From: Armatimonadota bacterium
Lineage (GTDB): Bacteria; Armatimonadota; Fimbriimonadia; Fimbriimonadales; GBS-DC
Reading direction: 5' to 3'
Assembly (NCBI GenBank): GCA_037444405.1
Contig: JBBIML010000011.1
Location: 4,643 to 68,642, forward strand
DNA length: 64,000 nucleotides
Positions 51,522-59,543 of this stretch are shown one piece after another; positions within the stretch are counted from its first letter, which is position 1; every line of letters begins with the position of its first letter. The translations under genes were made by a program, and so were the position numbers. The notes under the pieces were generated by a model. The model was not told where the DNA came from, searched no databases, and saw only the letters and a list, made by a program, of their open reading frames with translations.

Positions 51522-52268
51522 TCAATAGCCCCGTTGTCTGAACTGTTCGATGCTCTGCTGATAGCGTTGTTGCCCGTCGGGACGGTTAATGCTGGCGAAG
51601 ATGGTGGGGGGCTTGCCCGCCGCCACCATTATTTCAACGATACCTGCCACCAGCGCCCACAGTGCGGCGGCGGCGCCGATGCCCGAAGCGGGGCAGAATG
51701 GCGTTTCCAGCCCCTCAAGGCTCATCATCGCATCACCATAGGGCGCGGCGTTATCGATGACCAGATCCGCCACCTCAAAGAGCCGCTTGCCCGACTCATG
51801 TTCCGATTCGAGGCGGGACGAGTAGTCGAGGGCGGTGAGCGCGATGGTGAACACTCCGCGCTGCCGTGCCTGCAACGCCAGCTCCACAGGGATTGGCGTC
51901 TTGCCCGACACGCTGCCGATAATCAGCACATCGCCTGGCACGATGCGACTGCGATCCAGTGCGGCACGCACAATCGCGCGAACAGTATCAGGCGTGGGCC
52001 CAGCGCTGATCCCATGCGCCTCGCGATAGGGGTGCGGGTTCTGCACCTGCAGGTCGAAGCTGAACGGGATGAACGCTGCCAGCCCGCCCGCGCGATTGAT
52101 AAGTTCACGCGAGACGAGATGCCCTGTGTCGTACACATGGATCGCGCCACCGCGTAGCAGGCACTGGGCGCACCGCTCAGCTGCCTGCTCAATCGCGCTC
52201 AGCGAGCGGCGCTCCAGCTCCTCCAGCTGCTGACGCAGCCGTTGAAAATAGGCTCCGGGCAGGTTCAT
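51522..52268 (-). CDS. SIS (sugar isomerase)-domain protein
   Basis: GGAIHVYDTGH...DVLIIGSVSGKTPIPVELA matches the SIS phosphosugar-binding pattern. Confidence 0.75.
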   Translation of the reverse strand: MNLPGAYFQRLRQQLEELERRSLSAIEQAAERCAQCLLRGGAIHVYDTGHLVSRELINRAGGLAAFIPFSFDLQVQNPHPYREAHGISAGPTPDTVRAIVRAALDRSRIVPGDVLIIGSVSGKTPIPVELALQARQRGVFTIALTALDYSSRLESEHESGKRLFEVADLVIDNAAPYGDAMMSLEGLETPFCPASGIGAAAALWALVAGIVEIMVAAGKPPTIFASINRPDGQQRYQQSIEQFRQRGY

Positions 52269-52295
52269 CGGGTTCGATTGTACCCGCCCGCTATC

Positions 52296-53030
52296 TCACC
52301 ATGGTGTGGGCACGCGGCTCGGATCCTCGATCGCCCGTATCTCCGTTTTGATGCCCCACTGCTGCAGGTCTTTGACCAGCATTTCGGCTTTTCGGCGTGG
52401 CAGGTTGGTCAGAATGACCACGGGCGCACTCTGGAGCAGTTTCTTCACATCGGGTCGGGTGAGCGTGAGGAACGACTCCAGATGGGCGATGGCTTCTTCT
52501 TCCTTCAGGCGTTCCACGCCGAGCAGCACCAGTTCGTAAGGTGTGGGGTCGTCCTGCGGCAGGGGCATAGAGACCTGTGTTTGTGCGGGGGCGACCACGC
52601 TGAACTCGCGCTGGCAATGCTCGCAGATGGCGGTTCGGGCACGGGGTGAGACCTTCTCGGTGGCGCGGCAGTGGGGGCAGCGCACCGTTACCACCTCCAG
52701 CACATGCCCGTTCTCCACCGGCACGAGCCGCCGACAGTGTTCGCAGGTGAAGTCGCTTTGCGGCGGCGCCACGAACACATTCTCCTTCTGGCAGTAGGGG
52801 CAGCTCACGGGATAGGCGGGGATATTGCGCGTTTTATAGAGTGACCAGCCCGCATATGCCCACGAGCCGAGCCACACCAGCCCGAAACCCCATGAGAAGG
52901 AGTGGAACATGCCCCCATAGCGCCAGAACAGCCATGTTAGCAGCAGCATCACCAGCCCCAGCAAACCATAGATGACGGCTTGCGTGTACTCTTTTTCCAC
53001 AGCGTCAGAGCGCTTAACTGGCTCTTCCAC
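52296..53030 (-). CDS. Membrane protein with two zinc ribbons and a ribosomal L7/L12 C-terminal-like domain (hypothetical)
   Basis: GTG 53030 has GGGAGG 8 nt upstream. 2 TM segments; CPYC...CEHC and CPHC...CEHC; C-terminal EEEAIAHLESFLTLTRPDVKKLLQSAPVVILTNLPRRKAEMLVKDLQQWGIKTEI resembles the L7/L12 CTD. The track ORF start at 53210 overlaps acs. Confidence 0.5.
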   Translation of the reverse strand: MEEPVKRSDAVEKEYTQAVIYGLLGLVMLLLTWLFWRYGGMFHSFSWGFGLVWLGSWAYAGWSLYKTRNIPAYPVSCPYCQKENVFVAPPQSDFTCEHCRRLVPVENGHVLEVVTVRCPHCRATEKVSPRARTAICEHCQREFSVVAPAQTQVSMPLPQDDPTPYELVLLGVERLKEEEAIAHLESFLTLTRPDVKKLLQSAPVVILTNLPRRKAEMLVKDLQQWGIKTEIRAIEDPSRVPTPW

Positions 53031-53082
53031 GCTTATCGCCTCCCTGTGGAAAGGGTTCGACCGACTGCCGCGCGATTCCTGC

Positions 53083-55050
53083 CTATTCCTCCTGACCCTC
53101 GTATTTCTCTTTGAGCGCCTGCACGACGGCAGGGTCGGCGAGGGTGGTGGTGTCGCCCAGCGCACGCCCTTCCGCCACATCGCGCAGCAGGCGACGCATA
53201 ATCTTGCCACTGCGCGTTTTGGGCAGGTCGGCAGTGAAGATTATATCGTCGGGTCGGGCAAGCGCGCCGATTTTCGCCACCACATGCTGCTTAAGTTCCT
53301 CGCGCAATCGCTCATCGGCGGTGTAGCCCTCTTTGATAATCACGAAGGCAGCCACCGCCTGGCCCTTGATCTCGTGCGATTTGCCGATGACGGCAGCTTC
53401 GGCGACTGCCGGGTGATCCACCAGCGCGCTTTCGATTTCCATCGTGCTGAGGCGATGCCCCGACACATTGATCACATCGTCCACGCGCCCCAGCAGCCAG
53501 AAGTAGCCGTCCTCGTCGCGCTTGGCGCCGTCGCCCGTGAAATAGATGCCGGGGTACCGGCTCCAGTAGATTTGCTGGAAGCGTTCGGGGTCGCCGTACA
53601 GCCCGCGCGTCATCGCCGGCCAGGGGCGCGTCAGCACCAGATAGCCACCCCTGTTCGGCGGCACCGGGTTGCCCAGCTCATCCAGAATGTCGGGGAACAC
53701 CCCTGGAAACGGCTTGGTGGCGGAACCGGGCTTGGTCGCCACGATGCCTGGCAGCGGGGTGATCAGAATCATGCCCGTTTCGGTCTGCCACCAGGTGTCG
53801 ACAATCGGGCAGCGTCCGCCGCCGATATGCTCGTGGTACCACATCCACGCTTCGGGGTTGATGAGTTCACCGACGGTGCCCAGCAGGCGCAGACTGCTCA
53901 AATCGTGGCGGCGCGGGTACTCTTCGCCCCACTTCATAAAGGCGCGGATGGCAGTCGGCGCGGTGTACAGAATGTTCACCCGATATTTCTCCACTATCGC
54001 CCAGAATCGGTCGCGGTCGGGATAGTCGGGTGCGCCCTCGTAAATCACGCAGGTCACCCCGTTCGCCAGCGGACCGTACACGATGTAGCTGTGCCCTGTA
54101 ACCCAGCCCACATCGGCGGTACACCAGAAGATGTCTTCGTCCTTGAGGTCGAAAACCCATTTGCTGGTGATGGCGACGCCCACGAGATAGCCGCCTGTGG
54201 TGTGCATGATGCCTTTCGGCTTGCCCGTGGAGCCGGAGGTGTAGAGCAGATAGAGCAGGTCTTCGCTGTCCATCGGCTCTGGCTCGCAGGTGAGCGGCGC
54301 GTTCGCCATCAGCTCGTGCCACCAGAGGTCGCGCCCTTCCTGCATCGGCACGGTGTAGTCGCCACCGATACGCTGATAGACAATCACTTTTTCGATGGAG
54401 GGTGTGTTGCGCAGGGCTTCGTCGGCATTGCGCTTGAGCGGCACGATCGAGCCGCGGCGCCAGCCACCATCGGCGGTGATCAGCACCTTCGCCTGCGCGT
54501 CGTTGATGCGGTCAGCGAGGCTCTCCGCGCTGAACCCGCCGAACACCACCGAATGGGGCGCACCGATTCGCGCACACGCCAGCATTGCAATCACCACTTC
54601 GGGGATGAGCGGCAGATAGATACACACACGGTCGCCTTTGCGCACGCCCAGCGCCTTCAGCACATTGGCAAACTTCTGCACCTCGCGATAGAGGTCGTTG
54701 TAGGTCAGCACGCGCTCCTCGCCTGGCTCGCCCTCCCAGATGAGCGCGGCTTTGTTGCGCCGCCATGTCTTCACATGTCGATCCACGCAGTTGTAGCAGG
54801 CGTTCAGCTTGCCGCCGACAAACCACTTCGCATAGGGCGGGTTCCACTCCAGCACCGTGTGCCATCTCTGATACCAGTCGAGAATCTCGGCGCACTTCGC
54901 CCAGAACGCCTCATAGTCGCGCGCCGCCTCTTCATAAATAGCCGCATCGCTGATATTCGCCTGTCGCACGAACTCTTCCGAAGGCGGGAAGACCCGCTGC
55001 TCCTGCAACAACGCCTCAATCGCCATTGTGGTCTGCATCGTCTCCATCAT
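53083..55050 (-). CDS. acs: Acetyl-CoA synthetase (AMP-forming)
   Basis: [18 protein letters not shown], the C-terminal [12 protein letters not shown], and the 655-aa length all fit. Confidence 0.95.
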   Translation of the reverse strand: MMETMQTTMAIEALLQEQRVFPPSEEFVRQANISDAAIYEEAARDYEAFWAKCAEILDWYQRWHTVLEWNPPYAKWFVGGKLNACYNCVDRHVKTWRRNKAALIWEGEPGEERVLTYNDLYREVQKFANVLKALGVRKGDRVCIYLPLIPEVVIAMLACARIGAPHSVVFGGFSAESLADRINDAQAKVLITADGGWRRGSIVPLKRNADEALRNTPSIEKVIVYQRIGGDYTVPMQEGRDLWWHELMANAPLTCEPEPMDSEDLLYLLYTSGSTGKPKGIMHTTGGYLVGVAITSKWVFDLKDEDIFWCTADVGWVTGHSYIVYGPLANGVTCVIYEGAPDYPDRDRFWAIVEKYRVNILYTAPTAIRAFMKWGEEYPRRHDLSSLRLLGTVGELINPEAWMWYHEHIGGGRCPIVDTWWQTETGMILITPLPGIVATKPGSATKPFPGVFPDILDELGNPVPPNRGGYLVLTRPWPAMTRGLYGDPERFQQIYWSRYPGIYFTGDGAKRDEDGYFWLLGRVDDVINVSGHRLSTMEIESALVDHPAVAEAAVIGKSHEIKGQAVAAFVIIKEGYTADERLREELKQHVVAKIGALARPDDIIFTADLPKTRSGKIMRRLLRDVAEGRALGDTTTLADPAVVQALKEKYEGQEE

Positions 55051-55170
55051 CTCACCTCACAGGGGAACGATTCGCCAGCAGGCAGCCCTTTTCCTGCTTT
55101 ATCTATGCCTCTGGGGGGCGAAACGGGATTTTTCTCCCTCTTGCAGGGAACTCTTGACAGAGGTCTGGGG

Positions 55171-55176
55171 TATAAT
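55171..55176 (+). promoter_or_regulatory. TATAAT -10 box upstream of the ubiquitin-like operon
   Basis: ctcTTGACAgaggtctggggTATAATaggggtgaggtgttgcatATG. The TTGACA is only 11 nt away, so the true -35 is unclear. Confidence 0.4.
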
Positions 55177-55194
55177 AGGGGTGAGGTGTTGCAT

Positions 55195-55395
55195 ATGGCA
55201 ACAAGGAACGCAGTCAAGGAAAAGGTTCGCCTGAACGGCGTCGACTATGAGATCACGCTGACGCCTGCGACCACGAACGACCCGACCACGCTGAACACGC
55301 CGATCACTCCGTCTCAGCCGACCACGCCGCAGGAAGTGGTGCGTCGCGCACCTGCCGTCACCGAGCTGCCGCGCTGGGAGGACGGTATCGGCTAA
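55195..55395 (+). CDS. 66-aa Pro/Thr-rich protein ending in Gly (candidate modifier or adenylation substrate)
   Basis: MATRNAVKEKVRLNGVDYEITLTPATTNDPTTLNTPITPSQPTTPQEVVRRAPAVTELPRWEDGIG-stop. High GC3 codon usage. Lies in the acs/E2 intergenic region, 30 nt upstream of the E2-like gene. In the track it appears only as the tail of the antisense-of-acs ORF. Confidence 0.5.
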   Translation: MATRNAVKEKVRLNGVDYEITLTPATTNDPTTLNTPITPSQPTTPQEVVRRAPAVTELPRWEDGIG

Positions 55396-55425
55396 GCCCT
55401 GGATCGCTGTTGCGGGGATGACACC

Positions 55426-55875
55426 ATGAACGCACGCCTGCAGCGGATCGCCTACGAGGCGGCGCTTGCTGCGACGCACTACTCGCAGACGAAGCAAGCC
55501 TCCTATGACGACGAGGACGGGGAGTGGGTCATTATTCACGACTTTCCGCTCCCCCGCGGCTACAACTACACCACCACCGATGTGCTGATTCTGCTGCCGC
55601 GTCACTACCCCCAGACCCCGCCTGACTGGTTCTATGTGGATTACAACCTGCGCTTAGCGAACGGGCAGCGTCCGCCCCATGTGTTCTATGGCGACACCTC
55701 CTATGACCCCAATCGGGGTCAGTTCCGCGAGGCGCCGCCCGCGCTGAAGGGCTGGACCGCCTGCTGCCTGCACATCCATGAGTGGCGCCCTGCAGCGAAC
55801 CCGCTGGCAGGGCATTCCCTGCTGAGTGTGTGCGAACTCATTAAGAAGGCGTTTGAACGCTGGCGACGCGGGTAG
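55426..55875 (+). CDS. Prokaryotic E2/UBC-like protein
   Basis: 149 aa. GEWVIIHDFPLPRGYNYTTTDVLILLPRHYPQTPPDWFYV...RPPHVFYGD...GWTACCLHIHEWRP resembles bacterial E2 families found next to E1/JAB genes. Candidate catalytic residues are Cys113/Cys114. Confidence 0.7.
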   Translation: MNARLQRIAYEAALAATHYSQTKQASYDDEDGEWVIIHDFPLPRGYNYTTTDVLILLPRHYPQTPPDWFYVDYNLRLANGQRPPHVFYGDTSYDPNRGQFREAPPALKGWTACCLHIHEWRPAANPLAGHSLLSVCELIKKAFERWRRG

Positions 55876-55878
55876 GGA

Positions 55879-57366
55879 GTGGAGCCGTTGCAAGCTCTGT
55901 GTGGCGAGGTACGCATCACGCGCACGCTCTGGACGCGCCTCACCGAAGCGCTTCTCGCTGACCGCTGTGTCGAGACGAAGTGCTTCATGCTGTGTCGCAC
56001 GCTGGAGCTGCCAGGGCGAGCGGTGTTCCTTGTGCGCGAGCTGGTGGAGGTGCCGCCGGACGCCTACGAGGAGCGCTCCGCCAACCGCGTCATCACCCGC
56101 CCGGAGTTCGTGCATACCTTGCTGACGCGCTGCGAAGCGGAGGGCTGGTCGCTGCTGGAAGCCCACTCCCATCCGTGGACGCCCCGACCGCGCTTCTCCT
56201 CGATTGACCACCAGAGCGACTATCAGAAGTTCCGCGTCACCGAGGTGCTATCGCCCCCGTTTCGGCACGGCACGCTGGTGTTCGGCTCCGACATGGGCTT
56301 CGACGGGCACATGTGGGACTATGCGAACCAGCAGGTGGTGCCGATTGAGCGTATTCGCATCGTGGGGCTGCCCTGCGAGACGCGCTATGCGACCGACCTC
56401 GCGCCGCCGGAGCTGGACAAAGCCCAGCGGGAGCTGTACGACCGTCAGGTACGCGCGCTCGGTGTGGAGGGTCAGGCGCTGTTGAGCCACCTGCGCGTGG
56501 CGATTGTGGGCGCGGGCGGGCTTGGCTCCCAGATTGCGCAGGCGCTCACCCTGCTCGGCGTCGGACATCTGACGCTGATCGACCCCGACCGACTGGAGCT
56601 GAGCAATCTGAACCGCATCGTGGGCGCCACCTGGTATCGCGCGATTCGGCGATGGCGCAAGGTGAAAGCGCTCGCGCTCTGGTTCAACCGCGCTCGCAGC
56701 CCCGAATGGCGCACCATCACGCCCCTGCCCGCCGATGCGCGCTCGCCTGAACTGCTGACCACCCTGCTCGAAAGCGATATGCTGATCGGCGCGGTGGACA
56801 GCGCGACCGTGCGCCAGTATCTGAACCTGCTGGCGGTGTGCGCATTAATCCCCTATCTGGACGCGGGTGTCGGTATACGCGCGGAGGCGGGACGCATCGC
56901 GCAGGGCGGCGGACAGGTGCAGCTCATCCTGCCGGGCGAGACCGCCTGCCTCAGCTGTGTCGGGCATCTGGTGCGCCAGAGCGTGGAAGAACAGCTCACC
57001 CCTGAACAGCGTGCCATGTCGATCCAGCATGGCTACATTCAGGGCGAGCGGATACCCAACCCGCAGGTGGTGTTCCTGAACGGCGTCGTGGCAAACCTGC
57101 TGGTGTGGGAGTTCGTGAAGCTGACCACGGGTTGCCTGCCCGCGCAGCCGTATGTCTATTACGACCTGGTGGCACAGCAGGCGTTCCCTGCCGAAGCCGA
57201 ACGCAATCCGAACTGCTTCCTCTGTTCCTATGAGGCAGGTAGCCTGCTGGCAACCGGGCTGGACGGCATCAATGGCTACCTGAAGCCGCCCCGCCAGAAG
57301 GCGCCGCCCGTGCCACGATCCCGAAGCGAATCTCCATCCCCTGACACGGAGGAGAGACCCGCATGA
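55879..57366 (+). CDS. JAB/MPN metalloprotease fused to an E1-like (ThiF/MoeB) adenylation domain
   Basis: N-terminus: E...EAHSHPWTPRPRFSSID (HxH...SxxD JAMM-like). C-terminal half: VAIVGAGGLGSQIA (GxGxxG), DPDRLELSNLNR, DAGV, and the CxxC pairs CLSC and CFLC. Start is 55879 (GTG) or 55888 (TTG). Confidence 0.85.
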   Translation: MEPLQALCGEVRITRTLWTRLTEALLADRCVETKCFMLCRTLELPGRAVFLVRELVEVPPDAYEERSANRVITRPEFVHTLLTRCEAEGWSLLEAHSHPWTPRPRFSSIDHQSDYQKFRVTEVLSPPFRHGTLVFGSDMGFDGHMWDYANQQVVPIERIRIVGLPCETRYATDLAPPELDKAQRELYDRQVRALGVEGQALLSHLRVAIVGAGGLGSQIAQALTLLGVGHLTLIDPDRLELSNLNRIVGATWYRAIRRWRKVKALALWFNRARSPEWRTITPLPADARSPELLTTLLESDMLIGAVDSATVRQYLNLLAVCALIPYLDAGVGIRAEAGRIAQGGGQVQLILPGETACLSCVGHLVRQSVEEQLTPEQRAMSIQHGYIQGERIPNPQVVFLNGVVANLLVWEFVKLTTGCLPAQPYVYYDLVAQQAFPAEAERNPNCFLCSYEAGSLLATGLDGINGYLKPPRQKAPPVPRSRSESPSPDTEERPA

Positions 57367-57779
57367 AGCCAATCCCGGAAAATCGTCGTTGGGTCGAGCA
57401 GGGCAAACCGAATCAGTCGCCTCAGCGCATATCGAACGAGTCGATTATAGAGATCGATCTTCTTGCTGATGAACTGCTCGCCCTGTTGACGGAGCAACAG
57501 GGGCAGGTGCTGGAAGCGGGTGCGCCACTGCTCTTTGCTCGCTATGAGGGCACATGTCCTGCCTGTCTGCAACCGATTCAACGGGGCGCGCTGATCACGC
57601 GCCACGCTCGAAGCGGACGCTGGGTGCATGTGGACTGCCTGAACGCTCCCGTTCAGCACAGCATTCTTGCCCGCTATGAAGGCTTCTGCCGCATCTGCCG
57701 CCAGACGATCGCCGTCGGCGAACCCATCACCCGCGACACCAACCGCGGCTGGGTTCACCTGCGCTGTGTGCAGGGTTGA
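57363..57779 (+). CDS. Tandem C2HC zinc-finger (treble-clef/PHD-half-like) protein
   Basis: 138 aa with two ~40-aa repeats: ARYEGTCPACLQPIQRGALITRHARSGRWVHVDC and ARYEGFCRICRQTIAVGEPITRDTNRGWVHLRC. ATGA overlap with the E1 gene stop. Confidence 0.6.
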   Translation: MKPIPENRRWVEQGKPNQSPQRISNESIIEIDLLADELLALLTEQQGQVLEAGAPLLFARYEGTCPACLQPIQRGALITRHARSGRWVHVDCLNAPVQHSILARYEGFCRICRQTIAVGEPITRDTNRGWVHLRCVQG

Positions 57780-57812
57780 TTCCCGCATCACGGGTAAGGT
57801 ATCCTGCTCTCT

Positions 57813-59399
57813 ATGCAAACTGTTCGGCGTTGCGACCTCCTGCTGCGAGGCGGCACTCTGTACGACGGCACAGGCGCACCCGCTCAGCGTGGGGATATTG
57901 CCATTCGGGACGACCGAATCGTCGCGATGGGCGCGCTGGACGACTGGGAGGCGGGCATGGTGGTGGATGTGGCGGGGCTATGCGTGGCGCCCGCCTTCAT
58001 CGACATCCACACACATTCCGACTTCTCCCTGCCACACCATCCCGAACAGCTGAGCGTGCTGTATCAGGGCGTGGGCACGCAGGTGGTCGGCAACTGCGGG
58101 CTGGGCGTCGCTCAAACCGACACCACCCCCATCTTCCAGCAGGAGCAGCGCTGGCTCAAGCCTTATGGCGCGGAGATCAACTGGAACAGTTTCGCCGAGC
58201 ATCTGCGCCAGCTGGAGGAGCGCGGCGTCGGCACCAATGTGATTTTCCTCTGTGCGCATGGCACACTGCGCAAGAAAGTGATGGGCTTCGATCAGCGTCG
58301 TCCCATGCCCGCCGAACTCGAAGCGATGAAGCGTGAGGTGGCGACCTGCATGGAGGCGGGCGCGTGGGGACTCTCCACCGGGCTGGAGTATGTGCCCGGC
58401 TGCTACGCCGACACGCAGGAGCTGATTGAGCTGGCGACGGTCGCGGCGCAGTACGGTGGATTCTACGCCACCCATCTGCGCAGCGAGGGCGACCACCTGA
58501 TTGAGAGCGTGGCGGAAGCCATCGAGATTGCCGAACGCGCCGAACTGCCCCTGCAGCTATCGCACCACAAAGCCGAAGGACGCGCCAACTGGGGCAAGGT
58601 CAAGCAAACGCTACAGATGGTCTCCGATTCAGTCAAGCAGGGGCTGGATGTGATGCTCGATGTCTACCCCTACACGGCGTACCAGACCTCGATGGGTGTC
58701 GCCTGCCTGCCGAGCTGGGTGCTGAACGGCGAGCCGCAGGCAGTGTATGAGCGCCTGCGCGACCCTGCAACCCGCGAACGCATCGTGCAGGAGATGCGCG
58801 AGCGGCACGACGACTGGAACAGCATCGTGATTGGCTCCGTCGCGGGTAATCGGTCTCTGCAGGGGCTGACCGTTGCGGAAGCCGCCGCCGCTGTTAGTCA
58901 ATCACCTGAAGAGTTCGTGATTGACCTGCTGCTGGAGCATGGTCTCTATGTGGGCGTCGCCTGCTTCCATCTGAGCGAGGATGACCTGCGCATGGTGCTG
59001 CGCTATCCGCTCACAATGATTGGCTCCGATGGCGTCGGCTACGACCCGCAAAAGATGAGCGCGGAACGCCCCCACCCGCGCAGTTATGGCACTTTCCCGC
59101 GCGTGATCCGACGCTATGTGCGCGAAGAGGGGCTGCTGACGCTGGAGGAAGCCATCTTCAAGATGACGGGGCTGCCCGCTGCCCGACTGGGACTCACGGA
59201 TCGCGGCACCCTGCATGCAGGCGCGTATGCCGATATTGTGGTGTTCGATGATGCCCGAATCGCCGACCGCGCCACCTTCCGTGAGCCGCACCAGCTGTCC
59301 GAAGGCGTGGTCCATCTCATCCTCAACGGGCGCTGGGTGCTGAGCGACGGGCAGTTCACCGGCAACCGCGCCGGCAGAATCCTGCGCAAGGGTCACTGA
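57813..59399 (+). CDS. N-acyl-D-amino-acid deacylase (D-aminoacylase, amidohydrolase superfamily)
   Basis: DLLLRGGTLYDGTG...VAPAFIDIHTHSD...ATHLRSEG and the 528-aa length fit. Confidence 0.9.
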   Translation: MQTVRRCDLLLRGGTLYDGTGAPAQRGDIAIRDDRIVAMGALDDWEAGMVVDVAGLCVAPAFIDIHTHSDFSLPHHPEQLSVLYQGVGTQVVGNCGLGVAQTDTTPIFQQEQRWLKPYGAEINWNSFAEHLRQLEERGVGTNVIFLCAHGTLRKKVMGFDQRRPMPAELEAMKREVATCMEAGAWGLSTGLEYVPGCYADTQELIELATVAAQYGGFYATHLRSEGDHLIESVAEAIEIAERAELPLQLSHHKAEGRANWGKVKQTLQMVSDSVKQGLDVMLDVYPYTAYQTSMGVACLPSWVLNGEPQAVYERLRDPATRERIVQEMRERHDDWNSIVIGSVAGNRSLQGLTVAEAAAAVSQSPEEFVIDLLLEHGLYVGVACFHLSEDDLRMVLRYPLTMIGSDGVGYDPQKMSAERPHPRSYGTFPRVIRRYVREEGLLTLEEAIFKMTGLPAARLGLTDRGTLHAGAYADIVVFDDARIADRATFREPHQLSEGVVHLILNGRWVLSDGQFTGNRAGRILRKGH

Positions 59400-59495
59400 G
59401 GTTTGATACCAATCGGGCAGTCCGCGTATCACGGGCTTGCCGTGACAGATGTTCGGGTCACGCGTGATTCGGCTCAACGGCTCGTTTGCTTCCAT
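59400..59495 (-). pseudogene. 5' remnant of a DUF433-type gene
   Basis: MEANEPLSRITRDPNICHGKPVIRG matches the DUF433 N-terminal signature (DP.I..GKP.IRG). The similarity stops where the frame runs into the convergent D-aminoacylase gene. Confidence 0.4.
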
Positions 59496-59543
59496 CAGGT
59501 ATCTCCCGCTATCTTTGCGCCAGTTGCTGTCTGGTGAGGAGTT

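Noticed and set aside
52972-55194. Upstream ~740 codons of the 807-aa plus-strand ORF
   Set aside because: It is antisense to acs and to the zinc-ribbon gene. Only the last 66 codons, after ATG 55195 in the true intergenic region, are considered a possible gene.
57813-59399. D-aminoacylase as a fifth member of the ubiquitin-like operon
   Set aside because: It is a full-length, ordinary amidohydrolase with its own 34-nt spacer. There is no known link to E1/E2 systems. Co-transcription is possible, but a functional association is unsupported.
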